From NCBI RefSeq assembly GCF_009914755.1, contig NC_060947.1: DNA of 64,000 nucleotides; one strand, written 5' to 3'. A program made the translations under genes and the position numbers. A model generated the notes under the pieces. It searched no databases. It worked only from the letters and a program-made list of their open reading frames with translations, and was not told the DNA's origin. Of the stretch, positions 33,227 to 44,834 are shown in pieces. How positions within the stretch are numbered: position 1 is the stretch's first letter; each line of letters opens with the position of its first letter. Origin of the DNA: the human T2T-CHM13v2.0 reference genome, Homo sapiens.

Positions 33227-35059
33227 CTTTAGGGGACAGGATACGTATGGAAGCATAGAAGCTAACTGAAACAAAACTTTAAAACACTTAAAAAATAACC
33301 ACATACATTCCTCTCTGGATTGCCCCATTCCAACATTTCTACTGCATATGATGACACATGTTCTTTCTCTGGGGAAGCAAAGAGAGGTCCCAGGTCAAAT
33401 GCAACCCTCAGGGCTTCTGAGGGCAATGGTGTAATCCAGAGTCTCAGTCAAGCCTGGTAGAACATGGTAAGGTGAGACCAGTGTGGCCCCTGAGCATCAC
33501 CATCACCACCAGGAGATGGCTGTCATTTGTTTCCTTTTCATTTTAGAGGAAGAAAGGGCAGCCTGTTTAAACTGTGTATGCAAGAAAGTCAACATGGCCA
33601 GTGACAACACAGACAAAACACAGTGTAAAGGCTGTTAAAGTTCAAACTCCTCATTTTACTGCCGGAGAAACTAAGGCCCTGAAAAAGCACAGTGACTTGC
33701 TCAGAGGGACCCAGCAACCTAGTGGCAGGATGAAGTCTCCTGACTCCTGGTCTAGCATTCTTTCCAATAATCCCGGGCTGTGATAATTAAAGTAAATCAG
33801 CCTGGCAGTTTTCCTAGCATCTAGAATTCCTGGACTGGACAAGCAGGACTTGAGAGCAGCTGTTAAACACCTTTTTTCCCCTTAGCTCTAGGATGATGAT
33901 ATTCTTTGTGAACTTTATATTTCATGGGTAGGGGTTAAAGAGACGACACAAAGATGTTTTTGAAGCACTGAGACCATTCACAAAGTGTACAGAGAAAAGT
34001 TGTCTGTGGCTAATATATTTAAGGCTTATGACCTCTGTGCTCTCTGGACTGACCTGCCAGCAGATGCTTTTGGTTTTGTGTTTTATTTCTCTTATTTTGT
34101 CTTCTTTTCTATTTCTATCTATGTTTTTCTTCTCTTCCACCAGCCTAGGTCTTAGGCCTACACATAAGTGCCCCCGGCATTGCTGAGCCTCCATGATGAC
34201 ACTCAAGATGCCTGCTGCAAGTCAATAAAATTGTTAATTATTCATTACTCAATAACACGGAATGAGAGTGCGTAGTGACTATGAAGCATACATGGTTCCC
34301 CTGCTATGGTCATTTCGCTTTCTATAATCTCAGACTAGTAACTCTTGTCAATTGTGACTCTTGATTTAATCCTTTCCATCCTTCATTTCAGGGTCTATTG
34401 TTCTGCCTTTTGCCACTTTTTTTTTTTTATCTGAACCCGTTTCTGATTGGTGCAGCTGTTGAAGATGCTGCAGTTGCAGCAGTGTACATCTGGAACATTT
34501 GGCTGACTTGTTGAACTTCCCCCAGGGAGTACTCCAGGAGAAGGATGGGAGGGGTGGAGAGGCCAGAACAGTTGCCTGTAAATAAAGATGCCAGTAGTGT
34601 CTGGCCATTCTGTGGACCACACTTGTACAAATCCACTTCATTCTGGCCCTCGGTTTCCCTGTCTACTCACTGAAGACATACGTTCTCCAATCAAAACTGC
34701 TGCAGTGGAAGAAATCTATTCTGGCTGTGGATGCTCTCATACAGCATTTTTTGCATTGTACAGGGATCGATAGATATTTGTTGAATTAATTAATATATCA
34801 AGAAATCCTAGGAGACTGTTTTACCCTTCAAGGGACAACATCATTTCAGTTCCGCTTGGCATGGGGCGGCTTCTCTGTTACTTAGATTGAGCCTTCAGAG
34901 TCACTCCAGGAGTGAGGCTGCTTGAGTCCCACCCATTCCCATAGTTCCCAGGCTCCTGGGTCTCCTTTTCTTCGGGCGAGCCATTGAATTGCAAACACAG
35001 CAGGCATGGTTTCATTCCAAACCCAGAGCTGTTTTAATTAGTTTAACGTCTGTTAAACG

Positions 35060-35066
35060 CTTTGAA
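35060..35066 (+). promoter_or_regulatory. TCF/LEF1 consensus site CTTTGAA, ~420 bp upstream of the EDA TSS
   Basis: Exact CTTTG(A/T)(A/T) match. The EDA promoter is known to respond to Wnt/LEF1 (recall). Confidence 0.7.
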
Positions 35067-35242
35067 GATTGGAAGCAACAGATAAGTACTGGATGATGTT
35101 ATTAACAACTGCAGTTAATTGCAAACATTTCTATTAATGCTAGTTTCTGCCTCCTTTTCTTTGCTCTACTTTCTTTCCAAGGTTCCCAAATTCTTAGCCT
35201 CCCCCTCCTTTCCTCCCCGTACTGGCGCTATAGGGTTAAACT

Positions 35243-35484
35243 GGGGCGGAGCCCAGGGATGAACGACAGCGCCAGTCACCAACTGGTACGGGGCAAGCGG
35301 GAAGAGCTGGGTGGGGCGGCCAGGCAGAGGCGAACCCTCACGCCCCCAGGCCCCGCCCCGCGGCTGGAGGCCCGGCTGGAACGGCACGGGGCGGGGCGCC
35401 AAGGCTTGGCGGCCCCGTGGTTGGGCGTCCCGGCAGCCGCTTGAGGGATGGGGCGGGGTCGGCCGGGACCTCCTCCTTCATTCC
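35243..35484 (+). promoter_or_regulatory. EDA: EDA TATA-less core promoter: Sp1/KLF GC boxes plus Initiator
   Basis: GC boxes at 35243-35252, 35351-35359 (reverse), 35388-35397 and 35450-35459. Inr TCATTCC (YYANWYY) at 35478-35484, with the A at 35480. Confidence 0.8.
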
Positions 35485-35556
35485 CTCGGCGGGCCGAGCC
35501 TCCCCTCTCTCCCGCCCCTCCTCCTCCCTTTCCCACCCCTCGGAGTAGAGCTGCAC

Positions 35557-35670
35557 ATGCGGCTGCTCCCTGCTCCGTCCCGCCCAGCCACTGTCGCGCA
35601 GGAACGGGTCCCTGCAGCCCCCAGCCGATGGCAGGACAGTAGCCGCCTGTCAGAGGTCGTGAACGGCTGA
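35557..35670 (+). other. uORF1 (37 aa), in frame with the EDA CDS
   Basis: ATG at 35557 in weak context (cacATGc), TGA at 35668-35670. Translation not demonstrated. Confidence 0.55.
35628..35642 (+). other. uORF2 (MAGQ*)
   Basis: ccgATGgcaggacagTAG. Translation not demonstrated. Confidence 0.55.
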
Positions 35671-36165
<495 letters not shown>

Positions 36166-36772
36166 GGCGAGGGCCCTCCGCCACAGGGGCCTGGGAGCAC
36201 TCAGCAACCTCGAGCCAATTTAGAGGGCAGGACCAGGGAGGGACCAGGCGAGCAAGGGAGAAGTTGCCCAGGGCAGGTTGTCTTCGGTCCCTGGCCCAGC
36301 TAATCCAGACTCCCTGGGGACCCCTTGACTTGGAAAGTCTCGCGCGCGCCCGCGGCCCCTGGCTGCGGGCTGCCTCGAGAAAAGTTGGCGACGCTCCCGT
36401 CGAGGAGGTGCCTGCGCTGCCCCCCGGCCGACTAACGGCTTGGCCCTTCTGCTCGTGATGAGGTTCTCTGCCCGCGGTGCTTGTTTTTTCGTGTCTAGAG
36501 CTGATGCCAGAACCAGCAGGCTCCCCTTTGGAGTTGGAGCTGTAAACAGCTGTAATAACTGTTCCACGCCCGCCCGTTGAAACAACTTTTAACCGCATTT
36601 TCAGCGCGGGTCCTTGTGCGCTGACCAGAACGTGGGCTTGTTCACACTTACCTGCAATTTGAGACTGATTGTCCTCGGCGTTCTAGTGAGGATCAGCGCC
36701 CCTGAGGAATTCTGGTAGAAATATGCCGTCTTGCTAGACAACTTCTGAACAGCAATTTTAAAAATCTATGGA

Positions 36773-36778
36773 AATAAA
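36773..36778 (+). terminator. Candidate intronic polyadenylation signal AATAAA
   Basis: First AATAAA I saw after the exon-1 donor. Followed by G-rich (36814-36845) and GT/T-rich (36923-36995) tracts. Confidence 0.45.
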
Positions 36779-39339
36779 ACTCACCCTTTGCATGCCGGTT
36801 CTGATTCTTAAGCGGGGTAGGTGTGCGGTGGGAAGGGTGGGTGGGAAGCGCTTTTACTACTGTTAGCTTGAGAACGGGAATCTGCCAATGGAATAATTAC
36901 TCAGGACTCGTCCCCCAAGAGCAGTTTTGTTTGTTTTTGCAATCTTTATGGTGTTTGTGCCCTAATAAGCAAACTATTAGCTTTGGTGTTTGTTTTCTAT
37001 TCTATTCTTTCTAGCTTTTTATTCAAGTAAATTTCGTTCACTTAACGTAAATACTGTCTTGGTTGCCATATGTGAAACTTAGGAGAAGCATCCAAGGATC
37101 CTTTCGAGGTGGCTAAAGAATAATAATAAAATTGTACCTCTTAGGGAAGAGAGCAAGTTGTACAAATAAGTTCCTTGAGGTGAGGGACCCAAGCCTTCTA
37201 TATTTACTGCCACATCCAGAGTCATTGTCACAACTCTGTAAACATTATTTGTGCCACTTTGACCTCCCATCTAAAGTGGTACGCTTGATAGAGACATCAT
37301 ATTCATGATAATAGTGTAATGTTAGGACTGATACTTAAAAAAAAAAAAAAAGATGTGCATTGTAAAGTTGCCCTGAGCCTTAAAATGTCTTACTAGCACA
37401 CTCCAATTTATATAACAGCTTATCAAAGAAGAGAATCAGCAGACATGCTTCTCATACTTGAAACTTTAAACATTGTAGCTAAACGATAATTAACTAGGAT
37501 TCTGACTCCTTTATTTATCTACTGCCACTCCCCCCACACCCCAATGCCCAGCAGAAGTATTTAGCAGCTGAACATTGATATTCTGTGAAAAGATGAAAGA
37601 ATTAAACTTCTTTAATCAAATGTTGGCCAATACTTTTTGGCATTCAGGATGGACAGAGCCATTTTTATAGACTGAGGATTAGCAGAACAGCTGTACTGTA
37701 AGGTTTCTGTGATGGCATGAAACTCTTACAGGTGTATAATGGCATTTAGTTACCTACCCTTTGTGTGGCACTAAAATAGTTCTGTCTAGATTTAAACACA
37801 GCTTCCTATCTTCTGTCTTTTATTCTTTCTGTTTTAATATTTTTGAGCAATAGAAGCAAGGATACTAGCTCTTTACATTTGTTGACATCAATTGGAATCA
37901 GTTTCCTAGAGTTATGAAGGGCTTATATGAGTCCATTTCGTTTGATTCCCTTGGGAAACATAGGCCCTAAAGGGAAAGTGACTTGCCCAAGGTCACATAA
38001 CTAGAGTCAAAACTGGGATGATAGTTGCTCTAACTCCTAGTTGGGTGCCCATTCCCCCAACTACCTCCTGGGACCTTTTGCGAGGGAGCAAGATGGAGCT
38101 CCACATTAGAACTTTTGCAAAGTAGAGGGCTCAGCTCTGCATCATTTTGTTCTACTCTGCCTGTATTTTGACCACAGTAAGTTTAACCGTGTGTTCCTTA
38201 TTCTTCCTGAACTTCACTTTCAGATTTGGAGTATACTTTGAAGGAATTTTAGCCCAAATTCAACTTGTTTATTTTAAGTTGTTCAACTTAAGTTTATCTT
38301 ATCTTGTATATTAGTTTTAGTATACAAAAATAACTTTTTAAAAAAGTTGATTGGGTATTAAATTAATACTGCTACAAGCTTGGTTAAAATTTCTAGTGCC
38401 CTGGTGCACCCTCTGCTGGCTTTACAGTGACATTTAATTTTCAGTATCTGCTGACACTCAGAATTCTACATTGTGCTGACAGATTCTGATTCAGTAAATA
38501 AGGAAGTAAACAGCCTTGTGGGATTTGGCCACGTAGGTCATATTTTTATATTTTAGTTTTTAAACACAAACAACTGCTGTTACAGCAAATCTTGGATGGA
38601 GAGGAAGAAAGATAAAAATATACACCCTTCAACGGGCAGTACATTCAGGTTTCTTACCAGTTTATCTGTAAGGAGTGAAGGCAAGCTGATGAGAGTAAAC
38701 TGCAGGAAGCTCTCATGAGACCAAGTGGGCAGAACAGTCAGAGACACTTCATGCAGGTAGGCAAAAGTAAACCTATCCATACTTATGAGATGATGGGCTC
38801 TGGGCTCTCAGTTATGACTCAAGAAAGGGACCTGGAAATCACTGTAGATGTATGTATATCATCTGTCAATTTAAAAACTTTTTAAGCAGGGCACACAAGG
38901 AAGTTAGGGCAGGTAGGATACAGAGCAGAGAGATCAGCACAGTTCTCCATGTGAAATGTTAGAAAAGTCTCCCTGGTGGGGACACACTTGCTGATGATGA
39001 AGTGAGAGAGTCACATCAGACCTTCCGTAATCAATCATCTCCTTCAGCTGGAGCAACCAAGTAGCTGAGATTTGTCTGGATAGTTGGTGGAGATTATCTC
39101 AAGAGCAAGGGATATCTCATTTGTGTCTGAATTAGGACAATATACAGTAATATGATCGTCAGAGTAAAAAACTAAAAATCACTGTTGATCATTCTGTGGA
39201 GATGTTGCGCCGGTTGTGATTGTGGTCCTCAAAGGCCAAGAATGTAGTGGGTATCATCAGGAAGGGTGTCAAAAACAACAAAACAAACCACTTACAAAAC
39301 ACTTATTTTTTCCATGTACAAGATCAAAAGCAGATTGGC

Positions 39340-39720
39340 TTCTACAATCAGACAGGAAATTCTGGTGGCTGCTCCTCAAGAAAAGCCTAACAGCTGATAA
39401 AAGTCCTCAAAAACCCCATTAAATTGATCAAAAGGATGAAGGGATTTTCTAGTTGGTTTTTCAGTCTGGATAGAAAGAGGTTGAAGGAGGAATATGATCA
39501 AAGTCTACCAAACCATGAGCGAGATGAATATGATTAATATATTGGTGTAACGTAACAATCCAGTTCAATAAATAGAAAGCCTGCTGTGCCAGACACAATG
39601 TTAAGTATTAGACACCTTTTAATGTTTGAAAAATTATTTTCAAGAGGAGGCAAATAAAGGTAGTATCTTATTCAACTCATTGTCTCAAGTAATAGTCAAA
39701 ATTATGGGTAGATCAATACA
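39340..39720 (+). mobile_element. Ancient CR1/L3 LINE 3' fragment
   Basis: ~39460-39517 translates, with one frameshift, as FSLDRKRL.GNMIKVYQTM, similar to the CR1 C-terminal motif LFSLEKRRLRGDMIEVYKIM. Confidence 0.6.
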
Positions 39721-40308
39721 GATTTACTTAGAACTGTTAGGGCTATTTGGAGTATGTTCCTAATTATTTGAAGTGATGTCATAGATGTCAACCTTAAAGT
39801 TCTACAAAACATTGCTTGACATAACTAGATAGACCATTAGTGTATCCAGAGTTGACATTACCTGTGTTAAGGCTCTTCGATCAAGAACATAACTAGGAAT
39901 CATTCGAGGTGATTCAAGGTGAGCACAATGAATAAATCCAAGGATTTTTTTTTTTAGGGAGGTGGGATCTAGATAAAATACCTTTACTGTGGGTTTGAAT
40001 ACAGAACTTTTGATCAACTTGCTTCATTATTCCCATCGCATTTTCTCTCTCACTAACTCTGCTGCAACCCACCCATCATATCCTGTCTTAGAATCATTCT
40101 TTAGTTGTTATTGCTGTTGTTTTCAAATACATTTTATGTCTTTACATTAGAGCTCCTTAGAAATCTGCCTTCATTTTTGTCTTTCTCCATAATGCCTGAC
40201 ACAGTGCTAGTTACAGTTACTGTACTCAAATACTTGTTGAGTTGAATATTATTTTGGGACTTTGGAGGTGTTTATGTGAAACAAAGACATTTTCTCTTTC
40301 TATAACAG

Positions 40309-40341
40309 GCCTGTTTTCCTCAGGTCTTGCTAAGCCTGTGA
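40309..40341 (+). CDS. EDA: Alternative EDA exon coding ACFPQVLLSL* (142-aa short isoform); exon spans 40309-40359
   Basis: Pyrimidine tract plus TAACAG| acceptor. Phase 0 matches exon 1. Donor TTAG|GTGAGT at 40359/40360. The peptide matches my recall of short EDA isoform C/D. Confidence 0.78.
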   Translation, partial: ACFPQVLLSL

Positions 40342-40744
40342 CCTGTCAGCTATGCTTAGGTGAGTAAATAGTTCCACTGGAAATGTTTCACTGATTTCTA
40401 GAATAATTAGAAAGTGAAATGGAGAAGAGCCTTAACCACGTGGTCAGTCTCCCAGTTTCACACCTTCTCTCTAAAATGGTGCAAAAAGCTTCCTGTAATA
40501 TATTGTTTGATGTTTTGTTTTATTTGCTTTTAGGTCTCATGTCTTTCTTTCTATCTTAGATCTTGTGAAAAAATAATCTGTAATTTATCTGTAACTACCT
40601 TATAGAGAAGATCTCTTTAAAGTAAAGAACCTCTGAAGCCATTTAATTCCCAAGAACATTACCAAGAGAAACCACCTTGCCTGTAGAGGACCATTTTATC
40701 TAACTCCTCTGTAAATACTCAGGACTTAGCTTTTCATTTCATTT

Positions 40745-42715
40745 CTTTCTTTTATTAAAAATCTTTTCTATTGAAGTATAACTCATACACAGAAAAGTAT
40801 ATAAATCATATTTGTACAATTTGATGAATCATTACAAAGTGAATATACTCACGTCACCAGCACCCAGGTCAAGAAATAGAACATTATTATATGCCACAAC
40901 TCCTCCTTACACCCTATTGTTATCACTATATCCTCCTCACTCTCTCAAGTTCTGACATCATAGATTAGTTTTTTTATCTTTCTCCATAGTGCCTGACATA
41001 GTGCTAGTTGGATTAGTTTATTAGTTTTGTTCATTTTGAACTTTATATAAATGAAATCAAACAGTGTGTATTCTTTTGGATCTGGTGTTTTTTGCTCAAT
41101 ACTGTTTTCGTGACATCCATTCAGGTTGTTGCTTGTGGCTGTAGTTTTTTATTTGTATTTTTTGTGTGTGTGAGACAGAGTCTTGCTCTGTCACCCAGGT
41201 TGGAGTGCAGTGGCATGATCACAGCTCACTGCAGCCATAACCTCCCAGGAACAAGCGATCTTCCAACCTCAGCTTTTTGAGTAGCTGGGACCACAGGCAC
41301 ATGCCACCATGCCTCATTTTTAATTTTTTATAGGCTCATTTTTAATTTTTTTATAGAGACAGGATCTCTCTATGTTGCCCAGACTGGTCTTGAACTCCTG
41401 GCCTGAAGCAATACTCCCACCTCAGTGTACCAAAGTGATGGGATTACAGATGTGAACCACCATGCCCAGCCATTTATTTGTATTTTTGTATATTATTTCG
41501 TTGCTCGAATATACCACAGTCTATTTACTCTATTTTTAATGAATTTGTGGATTGTTTCCAGTCTGGGGCTATTACGGATGCTGATGTTGTGAATATTATT
41601 ATACATGTCTTTTGGTTACATATGCTTGAATTTCTATTGCTTGTATAGATCAGAGTTGCTGGGTCATGGAGGATGCATATTTTTGACATTATTGATAATG
41701 ACAGTTTTTCTAAGTCATTGTATCAATTTACATGCTCACCAGCAATGTATGAGAATTTCAGCTGTTTCACATTCTTACTAACACTTGGTATTGCCAGTCT
41801 TTTTAGCCATAGCTGTTCTGGTGGGTGGCTTTGTAGTAATATCCGTTGATTTTAATTGGCATTTCTCAGAAGACTGATGAGGTTGTGCTCTTTTTCATGT
41901 TTATTATGCATTTGCATATCTTCTGTGAAATGCCTATACAAGTTTTTTGCCCATTTTTCTATTAGTCTGTCTTTTTCTTATAGATTTGTAGGAATTCTTT
42001 ATATACTCTGAATATGAACTATTTTTGTATTTTTTATGTTGTAAGCCATTCCCAAATCTGTGATTTACCTTTCTTTATGGTATCCTTTGATGAACAGAAG
42101 TTTTTAATTTTAATGTGTTTAATTTTTTAGTATTTTCCTTTATGGATAGTGTTTTCTGTGTCCCATTTAAGAAATATTTTCTTACCTTGAAATTGTAGAT
42201 ATTCTCCCATATTATCTTCTAGAAGCTTTATGTTTTTGACATTTACATTTAGGTCTATACTCCACTTGAAATCGATTTTTGTGTATGCTAAGATACAGAA
42301 ACTAAGCTTCATTTTTTAAAATATAGATATCCAACTGATCCAGTACCATTAATTATAAGGACTGTCTTTCCCCCAGTCCTCTATAGCATCACCTTTGTCA
42401 TAAATCAGGTGCCTGTATATATGCAAGATTGTTTCTGAACTGTTTATTCTATTCTGTTGGTCTCTTTGTCATTACATCACTACCACAATCTTAATTACTG
42501 GACTTTATTATTACCTGGTAAAGCAACTCCTTTCACCTTGTTCCTCTTATTTAAAAGTATCTTGGATATTCTTGGCCCTTTGCATTTAGAATCAGCTTGT
42601 CATGTTCCACAAAAAAGAAACGTGCTGAGATTTTTATTGGGATTGCATTGCATCTAAAAATCAATTTAGAGGGAACTCACCATTTTATGGTATTCAGTTT
42701 TCCAATCCATGAACA
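40745..42715 (-). mobile_element. Old L1M (MD/ME-like) 3' part, antisense to EDA
   Basis: Antisense 3'UTR and ORF2. ORF 42127-42312 gives YTKIDFKWSIDLNV..KNIKLLEDNMGEYL. Confidence 0.8.
41164..41471 (-). mobile_element. AluJ
   Basis: Diverged dimer with a duplicated A-rich linker. TSD TTTATTTGTATTTTT on both sides. Confidence 0.88.
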
Positions 42716-42717
42716 TG

Positions 42718-42970
42718 CCCAGCAGATTTGGTGTTTGGTGAGTGCCTTCTTCTTGATCCATAGAATGACACACTCTTGCTGTATCCTCACGTGGTGGAAG
42801 GGATAAATGCACTTCCTTGGACCTATTTTATAAGGACATTAATCTCATTTACAAGGGCTCTGCCCTCATTATTTAATTGCCCCCTAAAAGCCTCATCAAA
42901 TACCATCACATTGGTGATGATATTTCAACATATGAATTTTGGGGGGAACACAAACATTCAGACCATAGCA
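42718..42970 (-). mobile_element. MLT1A-like MaLR LTR fragment
   Basis: CAGCAGATTTGGTGT...TTTATAAGGACATTAATC...GAATTTTGGGGGGAACACAAACATTCAGACCATAGCA. Confidence 0.8.
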
Positions 42971-43072
42971 AACCTATTTTAGACATTTTCTCAGCATCCT
43001 TTATGTCTGTTACATACTTTTCTCTGTATTCTATCCTTCTTTTTCTCTCTATACTTCATTCTAGGTATTTTC

Positions 43073-43544
43073 TTTTTTTTCTTTTTTTTTTTTTGAGACA
43101 GTTGCATCTACATACTTTATTTTCAAAAAATCTTCACAGGAACAATGCAAGGTAGATATTGCCGTGTCTCTATTTTTACATGTGGAGAAGCAGACCCAGA
43201 GGGGTTAAATAACTGTCTGCAATCATATAGCTATTTCTGGAACTGTGTTTTAAATAGGAATTTTATAAACCATATATAGAACTTGTATCAACTGGACCAT
43301 TTAAAATGTGCATGGAGAAGTTTCTATTTAAAGGACTCCCATGAAAGGTAGATTAATTCAATAAGTAGTATTGGGATTTACTGACTTGCCATTTTGGGGG
43401 TTTAAAAAAAAAGACAAGTAAAACTGGATCCTTATCTCACCTCTTATACCAAAATAAATTCCAGATGGAACAAAGATTTACATGTAAAACATGAAGTCAC
43501 AGACATCCTAGAAGAACACATGGATGCATATTTTTAGAATCTTA
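43073..43544 (-). pseudogene. Orphan retroposed polyadenylated transcript 3' fragment (L1-mediated)
   Basis: Poly(T) at 43073-43094 and TTTATT at 43116-43121, 21 nt from the tail. 16-bp TSD (14/16 identical) at 43057-43072 and 43545-43560. Confidence 0.72.
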
Positions 43545-44199
43545 CATTCTGGATATTTTCCTGTGACTTAACTTCCAATTCATTAATTCTGTCTTCAGCT
43601 TTGTCTAAACTCCCTTTAAACTCACTCATTGAGTTCTTAATATTATTTGTCATGTTTTTTATTTTTAGAATTTTCATTTGGTTCTTTTTATAAGATAGTG
43701 TTTGGTTCTCAGCCAAACTCTGCCAAAATATCTTTTAACATACTGGCCATAATTATTTGAAAATCTTCATTTGATTACTCATTATTTCAATCCTTGAGGG
43801 TACGTTTCTATTGTCTATTGTTTGTCTTAATTTTCTATCACTTTACCTTTCTCCTGGTTAGTTTTGATTGAATGGTAGACATTATATATGAAAGATTATA
43901 GTAGAGATGGTTTGAGACCTCAGTTATTTTTATCTTTATCTAGAAAGGATTTATACTCACTTCTGGCACGTGGTTAGAGACACTAGCAATCTCACATCTC
44001 CTTAATTCAATATGAGACTGAGATAATTTAAAGCTGCCCTTCAATCCAAGTGAAGGTTGACTTACCCTTCCTTTTAGTATTTATGCCTTCTAAGTTGAAA
44101 CCCAAAGCTTGGGTTTTTTTTTCCCCTTGGGAGTTCTCCCTCTTTGAAGGGTCCTTAATTCCAATTTTTGTTCTTGTAGCTTCATGAGTCTGTCAGAAG

Positions 44200-44202
<3 letters not shown>

Positions 44203-44233
<31 letters not shown>
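44203..44233. repeat. (CT)n microsatellite
   Basis: Direct reading of the sequence. Confidence 0.9.
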
Positions 44234-44236
<3 letters not shown>

Positions 44237-44459
44237 TGACTCTACTATATCAGCCAATGACCTTAGGAGAAAAACAGCCTCTCTCAGTTTTCTTTTTATC
44301 CTGCATTTTGGCTTTATAGTATTGCATTACTTTGTTAGATCTCAGATATCTTCAAACATATATCATTTATATCTTGCCCCAATTTTCTTGTGTTTTTTTA
44401 AGCAGGAAATTTAGCCCAAATTACTTTTGCTTCCATTACTAGAAGCAGAATCAGCTTAT

Positions 44460-44830
44460 CATTTCTTCAACAAATGTTTATTGATCATCTCCTGTGTATC
44501 ATGCACTGTACAAAACAATGGAGATGCAGCTGTTGAACAGATTAGAGGGGATTCCTGCCATTGTGGAGCATACAGACAAGTGAACAGGCACATATAATAC
44601 AATTTCATAAAGCAATGGTAGGGTTAATCATAGGATGATGTAGAGCACTAAGGAGGAGTGCCTGACCATGACTTTTGAAATCAAGGAACATGTTCTTGAC
44701 AAAGCATCTTCTGAGCTTAAACCTAAAAAGTAAGTAAGAATTATCTAGGATAAGACTGTTTTAGGCAGTAGGAACAGCAAGTGCAAAGGCCTGGAGATGA
44801 AAGAGAACATGGTACATCCAGGAATAAGAA
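44460..44830 (-). mobile_element. L2 3' fragment
   Basis: TTCAACAAATGTTTATTGA...GGAACAGCAAGTGCAAAGGCCTGGAG. Confidence 0.7.
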
Positions 44831-44834
44831 AACC

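Larger units (their letters stand above)
42975..44445 (-). mobile_element. Old L1M 5'/ORF1 fragment, split by a retroposed insert
   Basis: Minus ORF 43534-43716 is ORF1p coiled-coil-like (KKNQMKILKIKN...AEDRINELEVKSQENIQN). It continues across the insert at 43072. Confidence 0.7.

Noticed and set aside
34366-34641. Three overlapping minus-strand ORFs next to a T-run, as a possible processed pseudogene
   Set aside because: No recognisable protein similarity, TSD or suitably placed poly(A) signal.
43073-43101. T-tract plus GAGACAG as a truncated Alu tail
   Set aside because: Alu similarity stops after 7 nt. The AATAAA spacing and TSD fit a non-Alu retroposed transcript better.
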